Below are positions 55,958 to 64,000 of a DNA stretch of 64,000 nucleotides, one piece after another. A program made the position numbers and the translations under genes. The notes under the pieces were generated by a model, which was given only the letters and a program-made list of their open reading frames with translations, did not search any database and had not been told where the DNA came from. This stretch comes from an uncultured Gammaproteobacteria bacterium (GTDB lineage: Bacteria; Pseudomonadota; Gammaproteobacteria; QNFE01; CAZPSE01), in contig CAZPSE010000006.1 of the NCBI GenBank assembly GCA_964589575.1, forward strand, positions 81-64,080. Direction: 5' to 3'. Every line of letters begins with the position of its first letter. Within the stretch, counting starts at the first letter, position 1.

Positions 55958-56179
55958 TTAATTACTTTTGTTTATTAACGGGCGTATTAAAGACTCAAGA
56001 CCATTAATTTTTACTTCTAATGTTATGCCTAATAATTTACCCAATTGATTATTAGACAAGCCTTTATTTGCCAACCAAATGACATAAGGCTCTGGTAAAT
56101 CTACTAAATAATATCCAGTATATTTTCCGTAAGGCATTTTAGTATTTGCCATTTGTAATAAATCATTTTTAGAAAACAT
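55958..56179 (-). CDS. Small protein, DUF3820-like (MPYGKYTG...LPEPYVIWL motif)
   Basis: 73 aa. The motif resembles the quorum-sensing-regulated virulence-factor family. I assign it from memory only. Confidence 0.45.
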   Translation of the reverse strand: MFSKNDLLQMANTKMPYGKYTGYYLVDLPEPYVIWLANKGLSNNQLGKLLGITLEVKINGLESLIRPLINKSN

Positions 56180-56425
56180 TAACTATCCTACACAGTGGCA
56201 TATTGCTGATTAAAATCCCATCGCTGTACTTAAATGCTTTAACGTACAGGCGGGTAATTGTACTAAGTAAACAAAATCCATTTAAAGCATTTGCTATAAA
56301 TTACTAATTTAAACGTAATACCAGTAAACAATAGCAACGCCATAATACCACAATAAAAACCTATATGCGCATAATGTATATTATGTTAAATTGTATTTAT
56401 TCGTGTTTAAACGTTTTATGCTGAT

Positions 56426-56890
56426 TTATAAGGCTGTCACCTTTTCTACTTTGCGTTTGTCTACTGTCATTACATTAATGCTTTTTAAGCATTCATTAAT
56501 GTAGGCGTTAATAAACCAATTGCGTTTAATGTTTTGTGAATGGCTTCTATTTTTGTCAGACAAGTCGGCTTCTACCGATCTGGCATCGTGATATACACGC
56601 AATGTAAATTTGCCTAAACTTAATTTGTATTTTGATTGCTGCTTAAAATTAAAATAATTTTCGCCACTAATGGTTAATGTATAAATACTGGTGTACTTAT
56701 GTTTTTCTACACATCTAAAATGTACTTTAGTTTTAGCGTCATCGCTTATATAAAAATCTTTTTCAGACCTTAATATGTTTTTAAGTAAAAAATAATTGTC
56801 TTCAAATAACTCCATCAAACTGCAATAACTTAAATCATCGCATTCTAAAAAATTGACAAGATTATGTTGCGAACTAAAAGAAAAATTCAT
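56426..56890 (-). CDS. Hypothetical protein
   Basis: 154-aa ORF in the AT-rich islet between tRNA-Arg and mfd. I recognise no motif. Confidence 0.35.
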   Translation of the reverse strand: MNFSFSSQHNLVNFLECDDLSYCSLMELFEDNYFLLKNILRSEKDFYISDDAKTKVHFRCVEKHKYTSIYTLTISGENYFNFKQQSKYKLSLGKFTLRVYHDARSVEADLSDKNRSHSQNIKRNWFINAYINECLKSINVMTVDKRKVEKVTAL

Positions 56891-56938
56891 AATTGATAAT
56901 AATACGTTAAAAAGATGCTCTAGCGTTGGCTACATGGA

Positions 56939-56995
56939 TGTAGGTACACAGAATTGAATGGAACACTATGCGTGCCACCCCTTGGTGGTTTAATA
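56939..56995. repeat. Second copy of the hairpin-containing repeat core (ctacatggatgtaggtacacagaattg...atgcgtg..ccccttgg), 40 bp upstream of mfd
   Basis: About 85% identical to 34676-34730. Confidence 0.7.
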
Positions 56996-57033
56996 CGATA
57001 TAATGCCGTTTTTATTTGCATACATTCTTATAA

Positions 57034-60000
57034 ATGGCTAATTTGTTATACAAAAAAATGTTCCACAAAAATGGTGCAAATTGGTCTAATTTATTTGGCT
57101 GCAGTAAAAGCATTATTTTAAGTGAATTTGCTGCTAATTTCGACGGTTTAACCGTTTTAATATGTGCCACAACCAAAGAAGCTTTAGATTACGAAAGCGA
57201 ATTGCGTGTTTTTAATGCAGATTTAGACATATTTACTTTCCCAGACTGGGAAACCTTGCCTTACGACTATTTTTCGCCTCATCAAGATATTATATCAAAC
57301 AGGTTACGCACCCTATTCAAACTGCGCCAAGCTTCGTCTGGTATTTTAATTGTTCCTGTTTCAACTTTTTTAACTAAAGTTGCGCCTTGTGATTATATTT
57401 CTTCTAAAACGTTTATCTTTAAATTGGGTGACATTATTCACCTTAATGATTTTAAACACCATTTAGAATTTTCGGGCTACCGCCATGTTAAGCAAGTAAT
57501 GGAACATGGCGAATATTCGGTACGTGGTTCTATTATAGATATATATCCAATGGCATCGTATTTACCACTTCGTTTAGAGTTGTTTGATGATGAGCTGGAA
57601 TCCATACGCACTTTTGACGCAGACACTCAAATAACCATAGATAAAGTAGAAAAAATTGAAATTTTACCGGCTAAAGAGTTTCCGTTAGATGATGATGCAA
57701 TCGCCCTTTTTAGAACCAATATACGAGAAAAGTTTTCAGATTCTGGACGAAATTCAACAATTTACGAACAAGTTACCAATCGACAAGCCTTTCCTGGTAT
57801 TGAATATTACATACCGCTGTTTTTTAAAGAAATGGCAGGGTTATTTAGCTATTTCACTAATACGCACCAATACTTCATCACCGATAATGTTAACGAATCC
57901 GCTTTGGATTTTGTACACCAGTATGAGCACCGCTATGACCAGTACCGCCACAATACAGACCGACCACTATTAGAACCTAATCATTTACTATTAGATTTAG
58001 GCACAGTTGAAAAGCAATTAAAAAAAGCCATCACATTAACCAATAAAACGTTAAACAGTGATGATTTTGCAACAAAAGATTCGTTATTCATTTCAGAAAA
58101 TGATCAATCATCAATTGCACAGTTTTCTAACTTCTTAGATGGTTTTGATGGGCGCGCATTGATTGTTTCAGAATCATCTGGCAGACAAGAAGTTTTAAGC
58201 CATAAACTGCATGACTTGAAAATTAATTTTAAAAGAAAAAATAATTGGCAAGACGTTTTAAATTCAACCAACAAATTATCACTAATAACGGGCGTTATAG
58301 AAGAAGGCTGTTTTTTAGAAGATAAAAACCTATTAGTTATTAGTGAATATTATTTAACTGGCTATAAACCACGCCAAAAAGCCAGTAAATCTAAACGTAC
58401 TTTAGATTCTGAATCCATCATCCACAACCTGTCAGACCTTAAAGAAGGTGATGCGATTGTACATATAGACCACGGCGTGGGGCGTTACCGTGGTTTAAAT
58501 ATACTTAATATAAACGGGCAAGATGCCGAGTTTGTCACCCTGCACTATCAAGATGAAGACAAACTTTATGTACCGGTTGGCTCTTTACATTTAATTGCTC
58601 GTTACTCTGGCGCAAGCCACGACACCGCACCAATTAACCGTTTAGGTACAGATAAATGGAGCAAAGCCAAAACCAAAGCCGCCAAAAAAGTAAGAGATGT
58701 AGCAGCCGAACTGTTATTAATATACGCAAAACGCGAAGCCGCTATAGGTTATGCGGTAGATATTAATAACGATAATTACTTTAAGTTTAGTGAAGAATTT
58801 CCGTTTGAAGAAACGGTAGATCAATTAACTGCTATTAAACAAATAGAAGCCGACATGGCCATTAAAAAACCAATGGACAGGTTGGTTTGTGGCGATGTTG
58901 GTTTTGGTAAAACAGAAGTGGCTATGCGTGCGGCTTTTTTAGCCATAGACGGTGGAAAACAAGCCGCAATTTTAGTGCCAACTACCCTGCTTGCCCAACA
59001 ACACTACCAAAACTTTATAGACCGCTTTGCCAATTGGCCCTTTAATATAGCAGGCTTAACGCGTTTTACAAAAACCAAAGAGTTGGCCAAAATAGAAGCA
59101 GGTTTAGCCAATGGCACTATAGATATGGTTATTGGTACACACAAACTGCTATCTAAAAGCATTAATTACCATAACTTAGGCATTGTAATAATTGATGAAG
59201 AACACCGTTTTGGTGTTAGACACAAAGAACACATGAAAAGCATGCGCTCATCGGTAGATGTATTAACCCTTACCGCCACACCTATACCGCGTACGCTTAA
59301 TATGAGCTTAGCCGGCATGCGCGACTTGTCTATAATTACCACACCACCTGCAGAACGTTTGGCAATAAAAACATTAGTAAGTGAATGGAGCGATGAGCTA
59401 ATTGTAGAAGCCTGTCAGCGCGAATTAGCACGCGGTGGGCAAGTGTATTTTTTACATAACGAAGTAAAAACCATAGAACGTATAACCAAAAATTTAGAAG
59501 CATTAATGCCACAAGCTAAAATAAAATACGCACACGGGCAAATGCAAGAACGTACCTTAGAAACTATAATGGTCGACTTTTATCACCAAAAATTTAATAT
59601 TTTAGTAGCCACCACCATAATAGAATCTGGCATAGATATACCCACAGCCAATACCATTGTTATCAACCGAGCAGACAAATTAGGTTTGGCGCAATTGCAC
59701 CAAATACGTGGGCGTGTTGGTCGGTCACATCACCGTGCTTACGCCTTTTTACTTACCCCGCCCGAATCTTTATTAACCCGTGATGCAAAAAAACGCTTAC
59801 AAGCCATAGCATCTATGGAAGAGTTAGGTGTTGGTTTTACCTTAGCCACACACGACATGGAAATACGCGGCGCAGGAGAATTTTTAGGTGATGATCAGTC
59901 GGGGCAAATACAACAAATTGGTTTTACTTTATACAGCGAGTTATTAGACCGAGCCGTTAAAGCCTTAAAAGAAGGAAAAACATTTGATGTCGATGACGCA

Positions 60001-60444
60001 ATGGCCAACCCTGTAGAAATTGAATTGCATATATCATCTTTAATTCCTTCTGACTATATTTATGACGTACAAACACGGCTAATATTTTATAAACGCATCG
60101 CCAGTGCACAATCTATAGAGCAACTTAACCAGTTGCAAATAGAGTTAATAGACCGCTTTGGCTTATTGCCCGACGAGTTAAGAAACTTAGTTCACCAAAC
60201 CGAATTAAAATTAATTGCTATGCCTTTAGGCTTATTAAAAATAGACTTAAATGAAAAAGGCGGAAAGTTTGTATTTGATAAAACACCCAATATCAATACA
60301 ACAGAATTAATTACCATGATACAAAGCATGCCGAATATATATCGACTAGATGGTCAACAAATATTAAGATGTACTACAAAAATAGAAAAAGATTTTCAGC
60401 GCTATGAATATGCAAAATTTGTAATGGATAGACTAAAAAAATGA
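57034..60444 (+). CDS. mfd: Transcription-repair coupling factor
   Basis: 1136 aa with a UvrB-like N-terminus, an RNAP-interacting domain, DEEH helicase motifs and a TRG motif. Confidence 0.95.
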   Translation: MANLLYKKMFHKNGANWSNLFGCSKSIILSEFAANFDGLTVLICATTKEALDYESELRVFNADLDIFTFPDWETLPYDYFSPHQDIISNRLRTLFKLRQASSGILIVPVSTFLTKVAPCDYISSKTFIFKLGDIIHLNDFKHHLEFSGYRHVKQVMEHGEYSVRGSIIDIYPMASYLPLRLELFDDELESIRTFDADTQITIDKVEKIEILPAKEFPLDDDAIALFRTNIREKFSDSGRNSTIYEQVTNRQAFPGIEYYIPLFFKEMAGLFSYFTNTHQYFITDNVNESALDFVHQYEHRYDQYRHNTDRPLLEPNHLLLDLGTVEKQLKKAITLTNKTLNSDDFATKDSLFISENDQSSIAQFSNFLDGFDGRALIVSESSGRQEVLSHKLHDLKINFKRKNNWQDVLNSTNKLSLITGVIEEGCFLEDKNLLVISEYYLTGYKPRQKASKSKRTLDSESIIHNLSDLKEGDAIVHIDHGVGRYRGLNILNINGQDAEFVTLHYQDEDKLYVPVGSLHLIARYSGASHDTAPINRLGTDKWSKAKTKAAKKVRDVAAELLLIYAKREAAIGYAVDINNDNYFKFSEEFPFEETVDQLTAIKQIEADMAIKKPMDRLVCGDVGFGKTEVAMRAAFLAIDGGKQAAILVPTTLLAQQHYQNFIDRFANWPFNIAGLTRFTKTKELAKIEAGLANGTIDMVIGTHKLLSKSINYHNLGIVIIDEEHRFGVRHKEHMKSMRSSVDVLTLTATPIPRTLNMSLAGMRDLSIITTPPAERLAIKTLVSEWSDELIVEACQRELARGGQVYFLHNEVKTIERITKNLEALMPQAKIKYAHGQMQERTLETIMVDFYHQKFNILVATTIIESGIDIPTANTIVINRADKLGLAQLHQIRGRVGRSHHRAYAFLLTPPESLLTRDAKKRLQAIASMEELGVGFTLATHDMEIRGAGEFLGDDQSGQIQQIGFTLYSELLDRAVKALKEGKTFDVDDAMANPVEIELHISSLIPSDYIYDVQTRLIFYKRIASAQSIEQLNQLQIELIDRFGLLPDELRNLVHQTELKLIAMPLGLLKIDLNEKGGKFVFDKTPNINTTELITMIQSMPNIYRLDGQQILRCTTKIEKDFQRYEYAKFVMDRLKK

Positions 60445-61418
60445 CATTAAAAACAATTGCTTATACAGTATTATTAATGCTTATTAGCGTAAGTATACAT
60501 GCGGCTAAGCTGGACGAATATCAAGTTGAGATAGTGATTTTTAAACAGAAAAACATTTCTGTTAGCGAATCTGAAACATTTGAAAAAACGGTATTGATAC
60601 CAAATAACCAAAACAGTTTATCTTTACCCAATTTTGAGCTACCAAAAACTGCCGCGAAAGCACCACTTTTAAATAATAATATTAAAAAAGTTAATTACGA
60701 CGTAATAACTGCCATCCACCCTGCTAGTGTTTCACTTATTCAATTAGGTGGTGTCAAACGAAGTATTAATCGTTCTTCTCATTATAAAATACTGTCACAT
60801 ATAGCTTGGCGACAGCTTGGTTTGGACAATAAAAAGGCAAAAAAAATACGCATAACTTATGGTAAAGCTTTTGTTGTTATGCAAAACAAGGTAGATGACG
60901 ATGTGGCAAATATTGCTATTGATTATAAACACCTACTCAAGCAGTGGAAAAAATACAAAAAAGAACACAATATACCTAAAAAAGAGTCGTCTTTTTATAA
61001 TGATGATTCGCCATTAAATGAAGCGGTAATACCGATAGATTTATTGAACTATATTAAATCTATCAACTTGGTTGCCCACGTAGTTTACCCACTAGATGGA
61101 ACAATTAAAGTGGTTAGAACACGCTATTTACACATGCATACCGACTTAATATGGACCGTTGTATTGCCTAAAAAAATAGAACCTACTAATGAAGAGACCT
61201 TATTGGTAAAAGATGACTTTAATTTAGCTATTGCCAACCTTAAACAAGAGCTAGAAGAAAAACCCAATTCTTTTATTGAAACCTTAGAAAAATTGAACCT
61301 TCAATCTTATGCTTTTAAAGCTCACCGAAAGATGAGAAGTAAAAAGCAACATTATATTGATCACCCCAAATTAGGCATAGCTACGATAATAATGCCAGTG
61401 ATTATAGATAAAAAATAA
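60441..61418 (+). CDS. Periplasmic protein, possibly CsiV-like
   Basis: 325 aa with a signal peptide and a YQVEIVIF N-terminal motif. The family assignment is tentative. Confidence 0.4.
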   Translation: MTLKTIAYTVLLMLISVSIHAAKLDEYQVEIVIFKQKNISVSESETFEKTVLIPNNQNSLSLPNFELPKTAAKAPLLNNNIKKVNYDVITAIHPASVSLIQLGGVKRSINRSSHYKILSHIAWRQLGLDNKKAKKIRITYGKAFVVMQNKVDDDVANIAIDYKHLLKQWKKYKKEHNIPKKESSFYNDDSPLNEAVIPIDLLNYIKSINLVAHVVYPLDGTIKVVRTRYLHMHTDLIWTVVLPKKIEPTNEETLLVKDDFNLAIANLKQELEEKPNSFIETLEKLNLQSYAFKAHRKMRSKKQHYIDHPKLGIATIIMPVIIDKK

Positions 61419-61437
61419 ATCGAACCGTATTAAAATT

Positions 61438-62175
61438 TTAGTTAGATAAGTTTAATTGAGCAATTAACTTAGCAATCTTTTGCATGCCAATATTAAGGTT
61501 TTGTTGTATAGCCTCCATATCAATGCTTTCACCATTAATTCCTGCTGCCCAATTTACTACAATACAACAGCTCATGTAATTTATGCCCGCTTCTTTGGCT
61601 AAAATCGCTTCTGGCATAGCGGTCATACCCACCAGATCACAGCCATCATTACGCATACGTTTAATTTCGGCAACGGTTTCTAACCTTGGGCCTTGGGTGC
61701 AACCGTAAACGCCACCATCAAAATAACTAATATTTAACTTATTTAAAATATTTTTTATATAAAGTTGTAACGTTGGTGAATAAGGCTGGCTAAAGTCACA
61801 ATAACTGACCTTTTTATTAGCATCAAAAAAAGTATGCTCGCGCGAATGTGTGTAATCTATTATTTGATTAGGAAGCGCAATAGATGCAGGGCTGCATTTT
61901 GAATTGATACCGCCGACCGCATTAATTGAAACAATATCGGTTACACCGCATTGTTTTAATGCATCAATATTGGCGCGATAATTAATTAAATGTGGTGCAA
62001 TCTGATGTTGTTCACCATGTCGAGATAAAAAATAGATAAATGAATTATTTAACGATACTTCATAAATTTTAGTAGATGTAGCTCCATATTGGCTTTTGAT
62101 TTCGTGCTCTTTTACAATTTTATAATCGGTTAACTGGTACAGCCCAGTACCCCCAATTAGTGCAAGTTTTTTCAT
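61438..62175 (-). CDS. mtnP: S-methyl-5'-thioadenosine phosphorylase / PNP-family phosphorylase
   Basis: 245 aa, LALIGGTGL start, PNP/MTAP fold motifs. Confidence 0.7.
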   Translation of the reverse strand: MKKLALIGGTGLYQLTDYKIVKEHEIKSQYGATSTKIYEVSLNNSFIYFLSRHGEQHQIAPHLINYRANIDALKQCGVTDIVSINAVGGINSKCSPASIALPNQIIDYTHSREHTFFDANKKVSYCDFSQPYSPTLQLYIKNILNKLNISYFDGGVYGCTQGPRLETVAEIKRMRNDGCDLVGMTAMPEAILAKEAGINYMSCCIVVNWAAGINGESIDMEAIQQNLNIGMQKIAKLIAQLNLSN

Positions 62176-62199
62176 ATTACCCTAATCCTCATATAGAAA
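62176..62199. repeat. Solo copy of attaccctaatcctcatatagaaa, abutting the mtnP start codon
   Basis: 24 nt identical to the reverse complement of 50609-50632. Confidence 0.8.
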
Positions 62200-62250
62200 T
62201 ATGCAAGAGGTACACATTTTATGTGCATAAGGAAACTAAAAACATCACTG

Positions 62251-64000
62251 TCACTTTTCTTCAACCCACCATGTTTTTAATATATAAGGCGTAGCCGCAT
62301 AATAAAGCGGTAAAACTTTAGGGCCTTTTAAGGTATTTTTATAAGCAACCCGGTGTTCAGCTATATACCAATTAGGTATTAAGTAATGCCCTGTTAACAA
62401 TACCCTGTCTAAAGCTTTAGATGCTGCTACTAAATTGACTCTATCGGTCGCATAAATAATTTCGTCTATCAAGTTATCAACCACAGCATTATTAATGCCC
62501 GCTAAATTTAAAGAGCCTTTTTTATTTGCAGCGATAGACGAAAAATAATTTTTCAATTCATTACCCGGTGATTGGGATTGACCGTAGCTCATCACCACCA
62601 TGTCAAAGTCAAAAGATTCTATTTTGTGCTGGTATAAGGTAGTGTCAATAGTTCGATAGCTTGCATGTATGCCCAATTTTTTTAGGTTACTTACAAAGGG
62701 TGCAACAATTCGTTCAAAACCTTTTTGTGCTAATAAAATAGTAAAATCTAAGGGTTCACCTTTGTCATTTTGTAACCGTCCTTTATTAATTTTCCAGCCT
62801 GCTTCTTTTAATAGTCGTGTTGCTTGACGTAAGTTTTTTCTTAAACTGTTGGGAAAAGCAGTAGAAGCCGGTTGCAATATTGTGTCAAAAACAGGCTCTA
62901 GCGTCGACCCCTTGCCTTGGTTTTTTATGTGTTTATTTAATAAGGCTAACTCTAAACCGGTCGGTTTACCTGTGGCTGCTAATGTACTATTGCTAAAATA
63001 GCTATTGCAGCGTTTATATTGGCCATAAAATAAGTTTTTATTAGACCATTCAAAATCTAACGCCATACTGATAGCTTGGCGTGTTTTAGCATTACTAAAC
63101 TTATCCAGTCGCGTATTAAATATAAAACCTTGCATACCAGCGTTATTACTGTGTTTTAGTGTATTTTTAACTAAGGTGCCATCTTTAAATTTAGGCCCTT
63201 TATAGTCTCTAGCCCATCGTTTTGAATGATTTTCAAGTATAAAATCAAACTCCCCTGCTTTAAAACCTTCTAAGGCTACGGTTAAATCTTTAAAGTATTT
63301 GTATGTAATGGTCTTAAAATTAAACATACCCCTGCGTACATTTAAGTCATTAGCCCAATAATTAGGGTTCTTTTTGTAAACAATAACTTTACCAGGTTGA
63401 AAAGAGTCAATTAAATAAGGCCCACTGGTAATGGGCTTTTCTAGCAGCGTTTTATTAAATGCTTTACCGTTTAGCCATGTTTTACTAAATATTGGCATAC
63501 CGCCAATAACAAGGTGAAGTTCTGGGTTGGTTTGTACAAAATTAAATTTAACTCTGTATTTATCTAAAACAACGGCGTTTTTAATGTCACCATAATATAT
63601 TTTAAATTGAGGGTGCGCCTCTTCACCCGTTAAGGTATCAAAAGAAAACTTAACATCGGCAGCGGTAACAGCGTCACCATTATTAAAACGGGCATGTTCA
63701 TTTATGGTAAAAATTACAGAAAGCCCATCACTGGCGAGTTTAATATCTTTTGCTAATAAGGCATACACACTAAAGGGCTCATCAAGGCTTTTTTCCATTA
63801 ATGATTCAAACATTAATAGGTTTAAACCATCTGCAGATATAGACTTTAATAAAAATGGGTTGAGTGTTTGAAACGTACCAAATGCAGATAAGTTAATGTT
63901 TCCATTTTTGGGCGCATTAGCATTTACATAGTCAAAATGAGAAAAACCGTCTTTGTATTTAGGCTCGTACCCTAATGCCATAGACGAGGCAGCAAAACTT
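62251..64000 (-). CDS. ABC transporter periplasmic substrate-binding protein, family 5 (oligopeptide/YejA-like); N-terminus beyond the window
   Basis: FDYVNANAPKNG mature-N-terminus motif typical of YejA/OppA-like SBPs. The reading frame stays open to position 64000. It contains an in-CDS GTCGAC repeat copy at 62894-62908. Confidence 0.75.
   Translation of the reverse strand, partial: SFAASSMALGYEPKYKDGFSHFDYVNANAPKNGNINLSAFGTFQTLNPFLLKSISADGLNLLMFESLMEKSLDEPFSVYALLAKDIKLASDGLSVIFTINEHARFNNGDAVTAADVKFSFDTLTGEEAHPQFKIYYGDIKNAVVLDKYRVKFNFVQTNPELHLVIGGMPIFSKTWLNGKAFNKTLLEKPITSGPYLIDSFQPGKVIVYKKNPNYWANDLNVRRGMFNFKTITYKYFKDLTVALEGFKAGEFDFILENHSKRWARDYKGPKFKDGTLVKNTLKHSNNAGMQGFIFNTRLDKFSNAKTRQAISMALDFEWSNKNLFYGQYKRCNSYFSNSTLAATGKPTGLELALLNKHIKNQGKGSTLEPVFDTILQPASTAFPNSLRKNLRQATRLLKEAGWKINKGRLQNDKGEPLDFTILLAQKGFERIVAPFVSNLKKLGIHASYRTIDTTLYQHKIESFDFDMVVMSYGQSQSPGNELKNYFSSIAANKKGSLNLAGINNAVVDNLIDEIIYATDRVNLVAASKALDRVLLTGHYLIPNWYIAEHRVAYKNTLKGPKVLPLYYAATPYILKTWWVEEK

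Overview
This 64-kb window is the chromosome of a low-GC (about 38-40%) gammaproteobacterium. Most of it is conserved housekeeping core with E. coli-like synteny: glyA-nrdR-ribD, dapE, glnD-map divergent from rpsB-tsf-pyrH-frr-uppS-cdsA-dxr-rseP-bamA-skp-lpxD-fabZ-lpxA, then folD, dksA, xseA, guaBA, mrcB, yoaA-tsaB-crcB, serS, trpS, scpAB and mfd.

The part that stands out is a tightly packed 8.8-kb operon at 75-8928. It contains an RND adaptor and an RND pump with a 200-aa C-terminal extension ending in a lysine-rich tandem repeat, followed by two secreted proteins of unknown function. It then encodes an orphan ParA/MinD-like ATPase, a membrane-anchored TPR-like protein and a membrane-anchored dynamin-like GTPase. 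The whole unit is closed by a 90-bp perfect palindrome. I know of no described system with this composition, so it is the best candidate for something new.

Other accessory content:
- An Mbh/Mrp-type multisubunit cation/proton antiporter cluster in an atypical gene order (E-F-G-B'-B-C-D-D'-L), 43153-50367.
- A basic orphan protein in an AT-rich insert, 42408-43148.
- A small tRNA-Arg(ACG)-adjacent islet, 55904-57033.
- Two families of short dispersed repeats. One is built on the core GTCGACCCCTTGC (7 copies). The other includes a MITE-like inverted-repeat cassette.

Three genes are disrupted:
- serS and lpxD each carry a 1-nt deletion in a short homopolymer. This is either sequencing indel error or real decay.
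- A PAP2-family phosphatase next to lpxA carries two in-frame TAA stops and degraded catalytic motifs, so it is a genuine pseudogene.

I found no CRISPR array, prophage, IS element or recognisable defence-system genes.
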